Assembly (NCBI GenBank): GCA_041665165.1
Contig: JBAYJJ010000001.1
Coordinates: 7,210 to 71,209, forward strand
Direction: 5' to 3'
Origin: Patescibacteria group bacterium
GTDB lineage: Bacteria > Patescibacteriota > Patescibacteriia > 2-12-FULL-60-25
Length of the DNA: 64,000 bases
Within the stretch, counting starts at the first letter, position 1; each line of letters opens with the position of its first letter. Below the pieces are notes generated by a model. The model ran no database searches. It was not told the origin of the DNA and worked only from the letters and a program-made list of their open reading frames with translations. The position numbers and the translations under genes were made by a program. This document shows positions 34,152-43,071 of this stretch, piece after piece.

Positions 34152-36545
34152 GCGTCTCGGTCCGCCCTGGGTCGGTTCCTGGACAGTAGTGACAGGCGAA
34201 GCTTGAGTCTGGACTACGTTTATGCCTGTTGGCAACTGAGAAGTGCCGGGCGTGGTGGTAGTAGCCAACTTGATGGATTCATCTATTGTCTTAGCGCGTC
34301 CGTCAATCAAAGCCTGAAATTTAGGCTGGGATGTCGGGTCCATTTTGATGACTGCGCCCAAAATCATATCCCTTTGTTCCATAAGGCCCTGGTGTTCCAT
34401 GCTCTTGGCGATTTCTATATAACTTGCGGCCGGAGCAGCGGCTAAATTAGGAAGCATATCAAAAAGTTTTTTCAATCCTTCTTTGTCGTTTTCCATATCA
34501 TAAGCTTGAGCTACTAAAACCGCATCCTGGCCGCCGCGTAAACTAAACGGATGGGCAGCACTCATGGATTTGATTATATATTTTGCGCCCTCTTTCTGGT
34601 TGCCTAGGTCAAACCAGGTGCTCACGCCCACATACCACCAGCCCTCACCGATGCTCTCGTCAAACGAAGCAGCTTCTTTATATTTGTCCAAACCCTCTTG
34701 CGCTCTGCCCATTTGTATGAGCAGGCGGCCGTAGGCGAAGTACAACTGCTGTCTTTTCGGGCTCGTTTCAATAGCTCGCTTAAAATACGTCTCAGCTTCC
34801 TGATATAGTGCCGTGTTGTTAGTGGCCTGGCCTACGCTTTGTAAAAGGCTGGCATAAATAAACAGCGGATGGGTATTCATTCCATGCGATGCCAAGTGCC
34901 TCTTTGAAACATCCTGGATTAGGGCAAACATCTCTTTCCATTTCGGCCACTGCTGCAATGCTCCTCCATCTATCATGTTGATCATGTTCCTGGAATGCAG
35001 GAACGTCTGTTCATCCAGATACGGGGTTTGAATGACTGCTGCTTCTTTTGCATATGCCAACCACGATTCAGCATCTCCGCTTGCAAACGCATTATTGGAT
35101 TTTATACTCAGATACGAAGCATACGCAGGTAGTACTGAGGTGAAATACGCGATTAGGATAAAAATAACCTGCAAAATACCGAACGTAATCCAGGGTACTG
35201 GTTTTTGGGACGGAACTTTTTGAACGGCATTCGGGTCGGGCTGGCCTGAGAATATCGGAAACCCGATGCAAATCACAAAAGCATATAAGAGGAAGCTCAT
35301 GCTGAACGCAGCCGGATGGTCGAACACGAACAGGTTCTGCAGAAAATATCCGGCAGGCAAACCCATGAGAATTGCCGTGGTCGTAATGTCTATGAAGCGT
35401 TTTTTACGTGCACGAATGATTGACGCGTAAAGCAGGACCCAAACAGCAGCAAAAGTCAGGAAGCCCACGATGCCTGTCATGCTGATAACATCAAAAACCG
35501 TATTGTGCGCCCGGTCAAACCAGGTTTCATAATATCCGCTTTCCAAAGATTTTGGATTATAGTATTTATTGAACAGGATGTGAAAATCATCAAGGCCCCA
35601 GCCTGTTAAAGGCCGGGCTATAAAGCCCTCCCAGGCAATATTCCAGGCAATAAACCGCCCGGTTGTGCCGGTCTGCAAGCTGAACATGCGGGAAGCGGTT
35701 GGAAATTCTTTTGAAAACGATTGGAAAGCTTGGGTCTTGATGCCAACGGTCACAATTCCGACGTAACACAAGACGCCGGCAAAAATCACGGAAAATAGTA
35801 TTATCTTGATTTTTTTACTGCCCACCAGCACACCGACAGTGATTGCGGAAACGGCAATACCGAAAATCAAACCCATGAAAGGGCCTCTGGAACCGGCCGC
35901 GAACATGGCTCCCATGGAAAAAATAAAGGCCACGACATACCAAGCCCTCCATGCTACGGATTTATTTTTTACCCAGAGCAAGGCCAAGAAAAATAAGATG
36001 AAAATCTGGTATGCCCCCATGTAAATCGGGTTGTCCAGCAAGCCCCCTACTCTGCTGGCGGCCGGAAAAAGCAATAAGGCCGGGTAAGGTTTTTGGAGCA
36101 AAGCGACAATGGCCATGAACACGCCGAGAATCACTTGGTAATTCAGGAGCTTGTTCCACTGGGTCCAAGTTTTGATCACTGAAACCGTCATTGTCAGCCA
36201 AATGAAGAAATGCAAAAGCGTAAAAAAGCCGTTCATCCTTTCTTGATTTCCCCACCAGGCACGCACAGGATCCACAGCAAAGATAACCGACAAAAGCAGG
36301 GCTAAAAAATAGGCGCAGATGGCCAGATACAACATAGACTTTTTTGGCCGGAATTCAGGTTCGATCCAGGCTAAAATAATATATGCCGGAAAAGTCAGGC
36401 CGATCAAAACCTGGAAAAAAATCAATTTGGAGAAAACGAACGGGAAGATCACGACCGGCACAAACATCAGAGGCATAAGCAAGCCTCCGTAAATCCCTAC
36501 GTAAACCAATGCTTTCAGCATTTTAATGGCAGATTGTCTTTGCAT
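34149..36545 (-). CDS. O-antigen ligase/Wzy_C-domain membrane protein with C-terminal TPR repeats
   Basis: 798 aa. It has about 12 hydrophobic segments and a central FAAGSRGPFMGLI... region typical of Wzy_C. A soluble C-terminal TPR-like region (AETYFKRAIETSPKRQQLYFAYGRLLIQMGRAQEGLDKYKEA...) and a T/P/Q-rich tail follow. Confidence 0.7.
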   Translation of the reverse strand: MQRQSAIKMLKALVYVGIYGGLLMPLMFVPVVIFPFVFSKLIFFQVLIGLTFPAYIILAWIEPEFRPKKSMLYLAICAYFLALLLSVIFAVDPVRAWWGNQERMNGFFTLLHFFIWLTMTVSVIKTWTQWNKLLNYQVILGVFMAIVALLQKPYPALLLFPAASRVGGLLDNPIYMGAYQIFILFFLALLWVKNKSVAWRAWYVVAFIFSMGAMFAAGSRGPFMGLIFGIAVSAITVGVLVGSKKIKIILFSVIFAGVLCYVGIVTVGIKTQAFQSFSKEFPTASRMFSLQTGTTGRFIAWNIAWEGFIARPLTGWGLDDFHILFNKYYNPKSLESGYYETWFDRAHNTVFDVISMTGIVGFLTFAAVWVLLYASIIRARKKRFIDITTTAILMGLPAGYFLQNLFVFDHPAAFSMSFLLYAFVICIGFPIFSGQPDPNAVQKVPSQKPVPWITFGILQVIFILIAYFTSVLPAYASYLSIKSNNAFASGDAESWLAYAKEAAVIQTPYLDEQTFLHSRNMINMIDGGALQQWPKWKEMFALIQDVSKRHLASHGMNTHPLFIYASLLQSVGQATNNTALYQEAETYFKRAIETSPKRQQLYFAYGRLLIQMGRAQEGLDKYKEAASFDESIGEGWWYVGVSTWFDLGNQKEGAKYIIKSMSAAHPFSLRGGQDAVLVAQAYDMENDKEGLKKLFDMLPNLAAAPAASYIEIAKSMEHQGLMEQRDMILGAVIKMDPTSQPKFQALIDGRAKTIDESIKLATTTTPGTSQLPTGINVVQTQASPVTTVQEPTQGGPRR

Positions 36546-36574
36546 ATGGGCAATAGAATAACAGCCGGTATATA

Positions 36575-36608
36575 CAAAAACAAGACCCTTTGCAGGGTCT
36601 TGTTTTTT
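36575..36608 (-). terminator. Rho-independent terminator after the giant surface-protein gene (bidirectional shape)
   Basis: 8-bp stem CAAGACCC/GGGTCTTG (36581-36602) flanked by A5 and T6 runs. A second small hairpin TGCTTC-TTGC-GAAGCA sits next to it. Confidence 0.7.
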
Positions 36609-36643
36609 GCTTCTTGCGAAGCAGAGCCTATTTCCTTGCGGAA

Positions 36644-39600
36644 TTAGTTGCTCAATGAAGCGCTCGATGAGAGGTCTTCGACGTTGACGTCGTTGGACCA
36701 GTCGCGAGAGATGGTCGAAGGAATGCTACCCACTAATACTGCCGTTGAGGCATGTGGGACTTCCGAGTTGTCTGACCAGACAAACGTACCGAGCTTGAGG
36801 CTTGCACCTGGTGCACCGCCAGCAGCAGATTGATCTAAGTTGAAGATCGATGTGCTGGAGACAGCGAAGATGCCCGTGCTCTTGGTTGACAAGTAGCCAG
36901 TGACCACCGGGGCCGTTGGGTCGCGGTAGAATGAAGTGGTTACGTTGTTACCAGTGCCAGTGTAGGCCACAGTGGCGCGGAGCGAATAGATATTGCCCGA
37001 GCCGCTGATTGAATCCTCACCAGTGAAAGCAACGATAGCCTTAAAGCTGTTGACGCCAGCTTGGGTCTCCTGCTGCGCTGCCTTGATATCCGTGGCCGAA
37101 GTTGAGTTCACGATTGTGTACTCACCGGTCGGGACCAAGGTTGAGCCGCGATACAACCTGAATGAGCTCAAGCCCACGTTGGCTGACTTGGAGATGTTGA
37201 ACACCATCTGTTTCAAGGCAATGGAACCGGCTGAATCAGCGCCCACCTGAGCGCGATAGAGTTCGAGTTCACCGGCCGAGAGAACAGTGTTGGTCAAGTT
37301 CTGCTTGGTGACAACAGGCTTTGTCTTGCGGATGACCTGGGTGTTGCCAGCTGCTGCGCCTGAAGCTGCGTACACGCGCTCACCAGACGAAACGCCTGTG
37401 GTGCGGATGTTGAGCTTGGAAGCATAGTTGGTATCCCATTCACCAGTCTGCAAGTTGTCGCGGATGCCGATGCCAGGAGCATGGCCAGAGCGAGCCACAT
37501 TGGTGGTTGCGCCGTTGACCGAAGATGATGGCGAGACATTGGAAAGCTTGGCCCACAATTCAAAGTTGGTCGAGCTATCCTTAAGAACCGTGAACTCATT
37601 GCCTGTTAAATCAATGTCCACGCTGCCAATTGCGCCAGACGATAATACGTTGGAGCTCTTGATTGCGCCGCCTGTAGCTATGCCGATGGCTACGAAGTCT
37701 GCGTTATCGCCGCCGGTGGTCGAGCTGACCGTGATGCGATCGATCTGCATGTCTTCGTACTGAGCTGTAGCCTTATAGCGAGCAAACGGTACCCAGACGT
37801 CCTTACCAGCCACGACGATTGAAGTGGAAGGATGAGCGTCAGCAGACACCGTAATGTTACCCTTGGACAAGATTGTGGTGTAGACAGAAGGAGCGGCGCC
37901 CAACTGAGTGGTCTTCAAAGCGGTTGAAACGCTTGCAGTCACTGTGTTGGCGTCGTCGTCCTGAGCTGTGATATCACCGTTTGCAGCAATACCGACTTCA
38001 ACCTTGTCAAACGGTGCCGTTGTAGCTGCCGTTGAGGTGAAGGTGGCTTTGACTGTCAAATCCTTGGTCGTGCCCTTGAGAACCTTCAAATTCATGTTTG
38101 TGATTTGTGCGGTTCCAAGAGTCGTGTCCGGAGCCTTGGCAATACCGACTTGCGTGGCGCCATCCCACAGGGAGAGCGAAGCAACGCGGCTTACGCAAGA
38201 ACCAACGGCATAAGCCACACCAGCCAAGCTAGCCTTACAAGTCAAGGTCAGGTTAGTGATCGTGACATCAGACTGAGCACCGGCTGAGAGGGAAATGCCG
38301 ACTACTGACTTATTGATGGACTTTTTAACCACAGTGGCTGACACCGGGTTAGAGGCCAAATCAGCAGTCAAACTGGATGACTTGATGGTTTGCACGTTAC
38401 CAGCTGTTGAAGCATTCGGGACGATCTTGGTGATATCCAGGCTTTCACCAGTGGATACGACCTTGACATCGCCAGCGATGAACGGGCTGAAAGTAGCCTT
38501 GTACTTGTGCGTGCCATTCAAGTAGAACTCGTTGATTACATCTTCAGTGTTAGAGAGGTCAGCGGCCAGAGCCAAATTTAAGGTCGTGCCAGCCTTCAGG
38601 GTGAAGGTGTCATTGAAGACCAAAGCCTCGCTGGTTGAAGAAGCTGCCGAGGTCAATTCCTTGGGACCCATTATTGTTGCGCCCGTATCAAGATTATAAA
38701 TCTTGATGTTGCGGAAGTACTTTGTGCTGGCTGAGCCTACGATCAAGTCGTTGGCTGAGTTGCCGGCCAAAGTAAAGCGCAGATAGCGGATTTCCAAATC
38801 ATTGTCAGCAGATGTGAGTGCGAACTTGTAGAACGGAACTGACAATTTGCCCTTGGCTACGTTAGCCGACGGAGGACCGTTGAAAGCAAATGACAAGTTG
38901 CCGCCCTGAGTTGTGACTGATACGCCCTCAGCTGAAGTATCGAACGCAGAAATCGTGATGCTTGCACCTGAGTTATAGACAGTGTCTGTGGCGTTGATAT
39001 CAGCAGCGTACTCAATGTAGGTAACGATTGTGCGACCAGAGCGGCCAGCCACATCGCCACGGAGTGAGAATACGCGCGTCACACCATTCGGGATGAGATA
39101 CGCAGTGTCGAAAGTGAGCACGATCTGGCCCTTGGCATTGATCGAAGCGGCAGAAGCCACCTTGGTCGAACCCTGGTACAGTTCAAAGTTGCTCAAATCC
39201 GAGTTGTCCACCGTGCCGCCCTGATACAGAGCCACGCGGTTGACGCGGATATCATTGGTGTTGGCTGTGAGTTTGAAGCTTGAGATCTCAACATTCTTGG
39301 AACCGATGACCGGGTTGGCCGGGGTCGGGCCTGGTTGAATGGTGAGTGTGCCGGCCGATGAAGCACCGATGACAAACACATTGCCGCGGACCGGGAAAGA
39401 ACCCGAGACCGTGCCTGTGCCTGTGAGCACTACACTGGCTGCATCAACCAATTCGAAAGCATGATTGCCTCCGGTTACGGTTGGGCTGTTGAAGTCAGCA
39501 TAAACATAGTATGACTTCATGCCTCCAGCCGGAATCGTGACGTTCAACGAGTTGAACTCAGTGACATTGGTGGTGGCATTTACCGAGCGGCCCGTGGTTA

Positions 39601-40519
39601 AACGGTTGCCGTCCTGGTCATACAAGTAGACGTTGGCGAAATCTGAAGTTGAACCGACACCTACGCGATGGAAGCGCATGCCGGAGACCAAAGCGTCAGC
39701 ACTGCCGGCAGTCAAGTTGACCTTGACCATCGGGACGCCCATGGCGTTCTTCGGAACTGTTGCGCCAGACGGGGTATCAGAGGCCAAGGCCACTGTTACG
39801 CTGCCGTTGACTGAAGTTGAACCGCTGCCGCATGAAACGGACCAGAAGTTATCAGCTTCCAAGCCAGTCACGTCTGCACCGTCAGGATACGAGATCGTGG
39901 TGGTGATGACATTGATGGCATTGAACTTGTTGTCTGTTAAAGCAGTACCAGCAAGCTTGCGCTTCTGTCCATTCATTACTACGTAGCGATTTGCATCGCC
40001 GGCATAGGTAACGAGCGAACCATCCGGGTGGACGTTCGATGAGACTGAAGCACCAGTCGTGTAGTTGACGAAGAATGAATCAGGCACGTCGATGACGCGC
40101 GTGGCCCAAGCATCTCCATAGAGGGCCTTGGCAATGGCTTCGGATTCGATCCAATGCAAGGTTCCGCACTTGGTGACGGCATAGGTCTTAGGGTCTGTGG
40201 TGATCTTCACGAGCTTGGTGCCCGGGCGGACCGTCACATTGCCCCCAATCATGATGGCAGCGAGTTCTGCATCTGTAATTGTTTTAACAGCTGAGAAATC
40301 GTTATACCAAGAGAAGTACGTCTTTTCATCTGGGAAAACATAGCGTTTTCCATCGGTGGCGTAGAAGTACACTGCTGGACCCGAAGCCTTGATCAAGTCG
40401 CCATTTACTAAAGTGGCTGCCTGAGCTGAGACTGGGAAAGCTAATGCACCGGCTCCGACTGACCAAAGAATGGTCACGAAAGAGACGACCGCGGAAAAGA
40501 CTTTCTTTAATGAATTCAT
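36644..40519 (-). CDS. Giant secreted surface protein (S-layer/adhesin-like, S/T/A/G/V/N-rich)
   Basis: 1291 aa. Has an N-terminal signal peptide MNSLKKVFSAVVSFVTILWSVGAGALAFPVSAQA and no other hydrophobic segments. Beta-rich repetitive modules are of the type (...SGATV...VKVNLTA..., ...FKLTAN..., ...FALTSAD...). It is moderately G+C-rich (33/60 on 37081-37140). Confidence 0.8.
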   Translation of the reverse strand: MNSLKKVFSAVVSFVTILWSVGAGALAFPVSAQAATLVNGDLIKASGPAVYFYATDGKRYVFPDEKTYFSWYNDFSAVKTITDAELAAIMIGGNVTVRPGTKLVKITTDPKTYAVTKCGTLHWIESEAIAKALYGDAWATRVIDVPDSFFVNYTTGASVSSNVHPDGSLVTYAGDANRYVVMNGQKRKLAGTALTDNKFNAINVITTTISYPDGADVTGLEADNFWSVSCGSGSTSVNGSVTVALASDTPSGATVPKNAMGVPMVKVNLTAGSADALVSGMRFHRVGVGSTSDFANVYLYDQDGNRLTTGRSVNATTNVTEFNSLNVTIPAGGMKSYYVYADFNSPTVTGGNHAFELVDAASVVLTGTGTVSGSFPVRGNVFVIGASSAGTLTIQPGPTPANPVIGSKNVEISSFKLTANTNDIRVNRVALYQGGTVDNSDLSNFELYQGSTKVASAASINAKGQIVLTFDTAYLIPNGVTRVFSLRGDVAGRSGRTIVTYIEYAADINATDTVYNSGASITISAFDTSAEGVSVTTQGGNLSFAFNGPPSANVAKGKLSVPFYKFALTSADNDLEIRYLRFTLAGNSANDLIVGSASTKYFRNIKIYNLDTGATIMGPKELTSAASSTSEALVFNDTFTLKAGTTLNLALAADLSNTEDVINEFYLNGTHKYKATFSPFIAGDVKVVSTGESLDITKIVPNASTAGNVQTIKSSSLTADLASNPVSATVVKKSINKSVVGISLSAGAQSDVTITNLTLTCKASLAGVAYAVGSCVSRVASLSLWDGATQVGIAKAPDTTLGTAQITNMNLKVLKGTTKDLTVKATFTSTAATTAPFDKVEVGIAANGDITAQDDDANTVTASVSTALKTTQLGAAPSVYTTILSKGNITVSADAHPSTSIVVAGKDVWVPFARYKATAQYEDMQIDRITVSSTTGGDNADFVAIGIATGGAIKSSNVLSSGAIGSVDIDLTGNEFTVLKDSSTNFELWAKLSNVSPSSSVNGATTNVARSGHAPGIGIRDNLQTGEWDTNYASKLNIRTTGVSSGERVYAASGAAAGNTQVIRKTKPVVTKQNLTNTVLSAGELELYRAQVGADSAGSIALKQMVFNISKSANVGLSSFRLYRGSTLVPTGEYTIVNSTSATDIKAAQQETQAGVNSFKAIVAFTGEDSISGSGNIYSLRATVAYTGTGNNVTTSFYRDPTAPVVTGYLSTKSTGIFAVSSTSIFNLDQSAAGGAPGASLKLGTFVWSDNSEVPHASTAVLVGSIPSTISRDWSNDVNVEDLSSSASLSN

Positions 40520-40822
40520 AATAATACTAATGTATTGTTGTTTTGCAGGAATAAATTTCCCGCTAATTTTGAATGAGTGACCCTTCCCTCCCGCCGTTGG
40601 CGGGAATCGACCTTTTTTGGAGGATCGTGGTACGTCATTTTTACGAACGACGTGTCGTGGCGAGGATTTAACATCTGCGGGCGCTGGAGTTCGAGATCCC
40701 TGTGTTTGTGGGAGTCCGGCAAGGATACGTTCAAGGCAAACGCCGAGTCCGCAACCAAGCTCTTCTTCCCCCGCCCGTCAAGGCATCCGTCTGAGACAGG
40801 TGCCTTGTTTAGAGGGGAAGAC
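40520..40822 (-). other. 303-nt G+C-rich untranslated spacer upstream of the surface-protein gene (candidate structured leader)
   Basis: There is no convincing ORF. On the minus strand, nested hairpins are CTTCCCC..AAGGCA-loop-TGCCTT..GGGGAAG and CCCGCC-AA-CGGCGGG. There is no Shine-Dalgarno sequence before the ATG, and TAGTAT lies 4 nt upstream of the ATG. Confidence 0.4.
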
Positions 40823-41959
40823 TTATTTTGTTTGTGTTTGTGTTGAGCTGGATGTGTTAACGGGCGATGTGCTGCTGCCTGACGCTGTGCCAGGAAGCGC
40901 CCCCGACGTACTCGAGGCTGCTCCAGCCACCAATTTCACATCGCTTTCCTCTAATGTTTTTTGGGCCGTGAAGACTTGCGTGGTTCCGGTTTTTATTAAA
41001 TCCACTGCTTCATCAATTTTATTTTCTGATACGAGCTTATCTGCACTGGAAAATGTTTTCTGAGCCTCTGCAACCTGCTTGATGGCTGTGCTGGCTGGCG
41101 TTGATGTGCCAGACGCTTGCAACAGATTGCAATTACCGCAAGTAGTGCTGGTCGCCAAACTCAAAGTCTCGGCGATTGTGCGCACCACAGATTCATTGTG
41201 GTTCTTTATGGCATCAACCATATCTTGCTGGGTGACTGCGCCTGAATCTTGCTGATGAGCGTCGGCTAGCACTTCCAAAGCTTTCACAGCCGTATCAGAT
41301 GCGGCCATTTGCGCTTCAGAAACTTTTGCCTTATCTTCGGGAGACAAGTCCTGCTTGCTCTCCTGCAAAGTCTGGACAACCGTAGCAGCCTGTTGATCAA
41401 CAACCTTGGCCACGTCTTTAACCTTGTCCGGCGAAACAACATTCTTCGTATCTTCCAATTGCTGCTTCAGTGTATGCAAATCGCGCTTGAGAACCTCAGC
41501 GGTTTGGACAATTTTATTTGACCTGTCAGCCGAGGGCTTGGCAATCGCCAGCTTCATTTCATCAACGCGGCGGCCCGTAAATTCGGATTTAAGCAAAACT
41601 TTATCTTCTGGATTTTTAGCCAAAGCCAAGCGCGCTTGTTCGGTTGCGAGCTTGACGCTGTATAAAAGATCACCAGGCAAAGATTGTTCTGCCGCAGAAA
41701 CAGAAAGCAACGAGCCGCCGAAAAGGGCTAGCAAAATGCCGACGATCGCGAATGCAGGAGTGCGCAACCATTTGAACGAAAAAACCGGAGCTAAATATTT
41801 CATCAGATCCAAAGGTGAGCTGGCTGTTTCTTTCGGCAATGTATTTTTTACCTGCATCAACAAAATAGACCGAGTGTCTTTCTTCCACTGTTCGTTCGGT
41901 TCGACTTGGCGCACGGCCAGTCTTATATCTTTAATTTTCTTGAAAAGATTGTAGTTCAT
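40823..41959 (-). CDS. DUF5667-type membrane-anchored protein (putative anti-sigma partner)
   Basis: 378 aa with an ATGA overlap onto the sigma gene. It has one TM segment (FAIVGILLALFGGSLLSV) followed by the hallmark LPGDLLYSVKLATEQARLAL, a coiled-coil-like extracytoplasmic region, and an S/T-rich tail. Confidence 0.55.
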   Translation of the reverse strand: MNYNLFKKIKDIRLAVRQVEPNEQWKKDTRSILLMQVKNTLPKETASSPLDLMKYLAPVFSFKWLRTPAFAIVGILLALFGGSLLSVSAAEQSLPGDLLYSVKLATEQARLALAKNPEDKVLLKSEFTGRRVDEMKLAIAKPSADRSNKIVQTAEVLKRDLHTLKQQLEDTKNVVSPDKVKDVAKVVDQQAATVVQTLQESKQDLSPEDKAKVSEAQMAASDTAVKALEVLADAHQQDSGAVTQQDMVDAIKNHNESVVRTIAETLSLATSTTCGNCNLLQASGTSTPASTAIKQVAEAQKTFSSADKLVSENKIDEAVDLIKTGTTQVFTAQKTLEESDVKLVAGAASSTSGALPGTASGSSTSPVNTSSSTQTQTK

Positions 41960-42519
41960 GTTTCAAAACCTTTCATGGCTTTTAAAGCTTTCATGCCCCG
42001 GTGATAAATGACCCTGACATTCCCTGGCGCCTTGCCCAAGACAATGCCGATATCAGAGAATGACAACTGGTCAATCAACCTCAAGGCAAGCACGTCGCGA
42101 TAATCTTCCTTTAACATCTCTAACTGTTTAAGAATCAATGACACCTCTGATCTGGCTTCCATAATCTCTTTACCGCGGCCTACGTCATCTAACAGAGTAG
42201 ACGCGAATTCAGCCTGTTCTGTTACAGAGTCCAAACTAGTAGTCTTGTCTGAGTTGCGATAAAAATCAGCTATTTGGTTCCTGCAAATCCTGTAGAGTAG
42301 GGCCCGAATATTAGTAACTGGCTTAGGTTGTTGCAAAAATTGCCATAATTTAGTAAAAACTTCAGCCGTAATATCCTGTGCATCTTCTTGCTTAGGCAGC
42401 TTCAAAATCGCGAATCTATAAATAGAGGACACGTAGTTATCGTAAATTTTAGCAAAAGCTTCAGGGTCCTTCTTGACCTTAAGCCGGTATAATAAATAAC
42501 GGTCTATTAATTGGCTCAT
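41956..42519 (-). CDS. ECF-type sigma-70 family RNA polymerase sigma factor
   Basis: The track start at 42546 is a GTG lying inside a heptamer array; the ATG at 42519 gives MSQLIDRYLL.... Region 2 is SSIYRFAILKL...AQDITAEVFTKLW and region 4 is DVLALRLIDQLSFSDIGIVLGKAPGNVRVIYHRGMKALK. Confidence 0.8.
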   Translation of the reverse strand: MSQLIDRYLLYRLKVKKDPEAFAKIYDNYVSSIYRFAILKLPKQEDAQDITAEVFTKLWQFLQQPKPVTNIRALLYRICRNQIADFYRNSDKTTSLDSVTEQAEFASTLLDDVGRGKEIMEARSEVSLILKQLEMLKEDYRDVLALRLIDQLSFSDIGIVLGKAPGNVRVIYHRGMKALKAMKGFET

Positions 42520-42530
42520 TTTGCTTATCT

Positions 42531-42607
42531 TAAACGCTGAACGCACAACGCTAAACCCTAAACGCGTCGAAGCCTAAGGGTTAAGGGTTAAGCTTTAAGG
42601 GTTAAGC
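42531..42607. repeat. Heptamer array, 11 units in two sub-arrays, immediately upstream of the sigma gene
   Basis: TAAACGC TGAACGC ACAACGC TAAACCC TAAACGC GTCGAAG CCTAAGG GTTAAGG GTTAAGC TTTAAGG GTTAAGC. Confidence 0.8.
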
Positions 42608-42678
42608 TGATTTAGTAGGTCTAGATTGCCAGAAAAACCCATAAATATCAATGCCTAAAGCACTTATTTTGATGATAC

Positions 42679-42718
42679 TTGACGTTTTTTCTTTTTATGT
42701 CTAATCTATTCTAGACAT
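42679..42718 (+). promoter_or_regulatory. Sigma70-type promoter with an overlapping inverted repeat (possible operator) for the HTH gene
   Basis: TTGACG (42679-42684), an exact 17-nt spacer, then TAATCT (42702-42707). The inverted repeat ATGTCTA-N8-TAGACAT (42697-42718) overlaps the -10 element. Confidence 0.5.
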
Positions 42719-42722
42719 AACT

Positions 42723-42995
42723 ATGGAAAACTCGCCTATCCGTTTAAGTATTTCCCAGGCCGCACGCCTTTTTGGCATATCTGATCGCACTCTGCGCCGA
42801 GCAATCAGCTCTAACCAAATTAGATATGTAGTCGTGAAAAATCGATATCAACTTAACTTCGAATCCGTGCTGTCTTGGTCACAATCCAAACCCAAAGTTT
42901 TAAATAAACTTGAAAAGCAAGGCATAGGCCAATGGGTGGAGAAGTGGAAGATCAAAAATCCAAAATTCTCTCCTCGTCCGCCCCAAACCAACTGA
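42723..42995 (+). CDS. Small excisionase/MerR-type HTH DNA-binding protein
   Basis: 90 aa. LSISQAARLFGISDRTLRRAISSNQIRY is a helix-turn-helix, and the C-terminal tail is basic. Confidence 0.6.
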   Translation: MENSPIRLSISQAARLFGISDRTLRRAISSNQIRYVVVKNRYQLNFESVLSWSQSKPKVLNKLEKQGIGQWVEKWKIKNPKFSPRPPQTN

Positions 42996-43059
42996 CAACT
43001 CTAAACTTACAACTTACAAGAGCGTTCTGGTTACTCTTGTCAGTTGTACGTTGTCAGTT
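42990..43059. repeat. Inverted pair of heptamer arrays forming a long imperfect hairpin between convergent genes
   Basis: The left array is AACTGAC AACTCTA AACTTAC AACTTAC AAGAG and the right array is CTCTT GTCAGTT GTACGTT GTCAGTT. The reverse complement of the right array (AACTGAC AACGTAC AACTGAC) mirrors the left one. The left array includes the TGA at 42993-42995. Confidence 0.75.
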
Positions 43060-43071
43060 TTTGGTGTTTGA

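Noticed and set aside
40681-40705. A tRNA- or tmRNA-like T-arm look-alike, GGAGTTCGAGATCCC, in the long spacer.
   Set aside because: The flanking bases do not form a T-stem (GGAG against TCCC mispairs). No acceptor, D or anticodon arms can be drawn around it.
40516-41063. Track ORFs 40516-40758 (minus), 40577-40846 (plus) and 40617-41063 (plus) in or around the surface-protein leader.
   Set aside because: They have no ribosome-binding site. They are Arg/Ser/Cys-rich translations of G+C-rich hairpin DNA, and two of them overlap the DUF5667 gene antisense.
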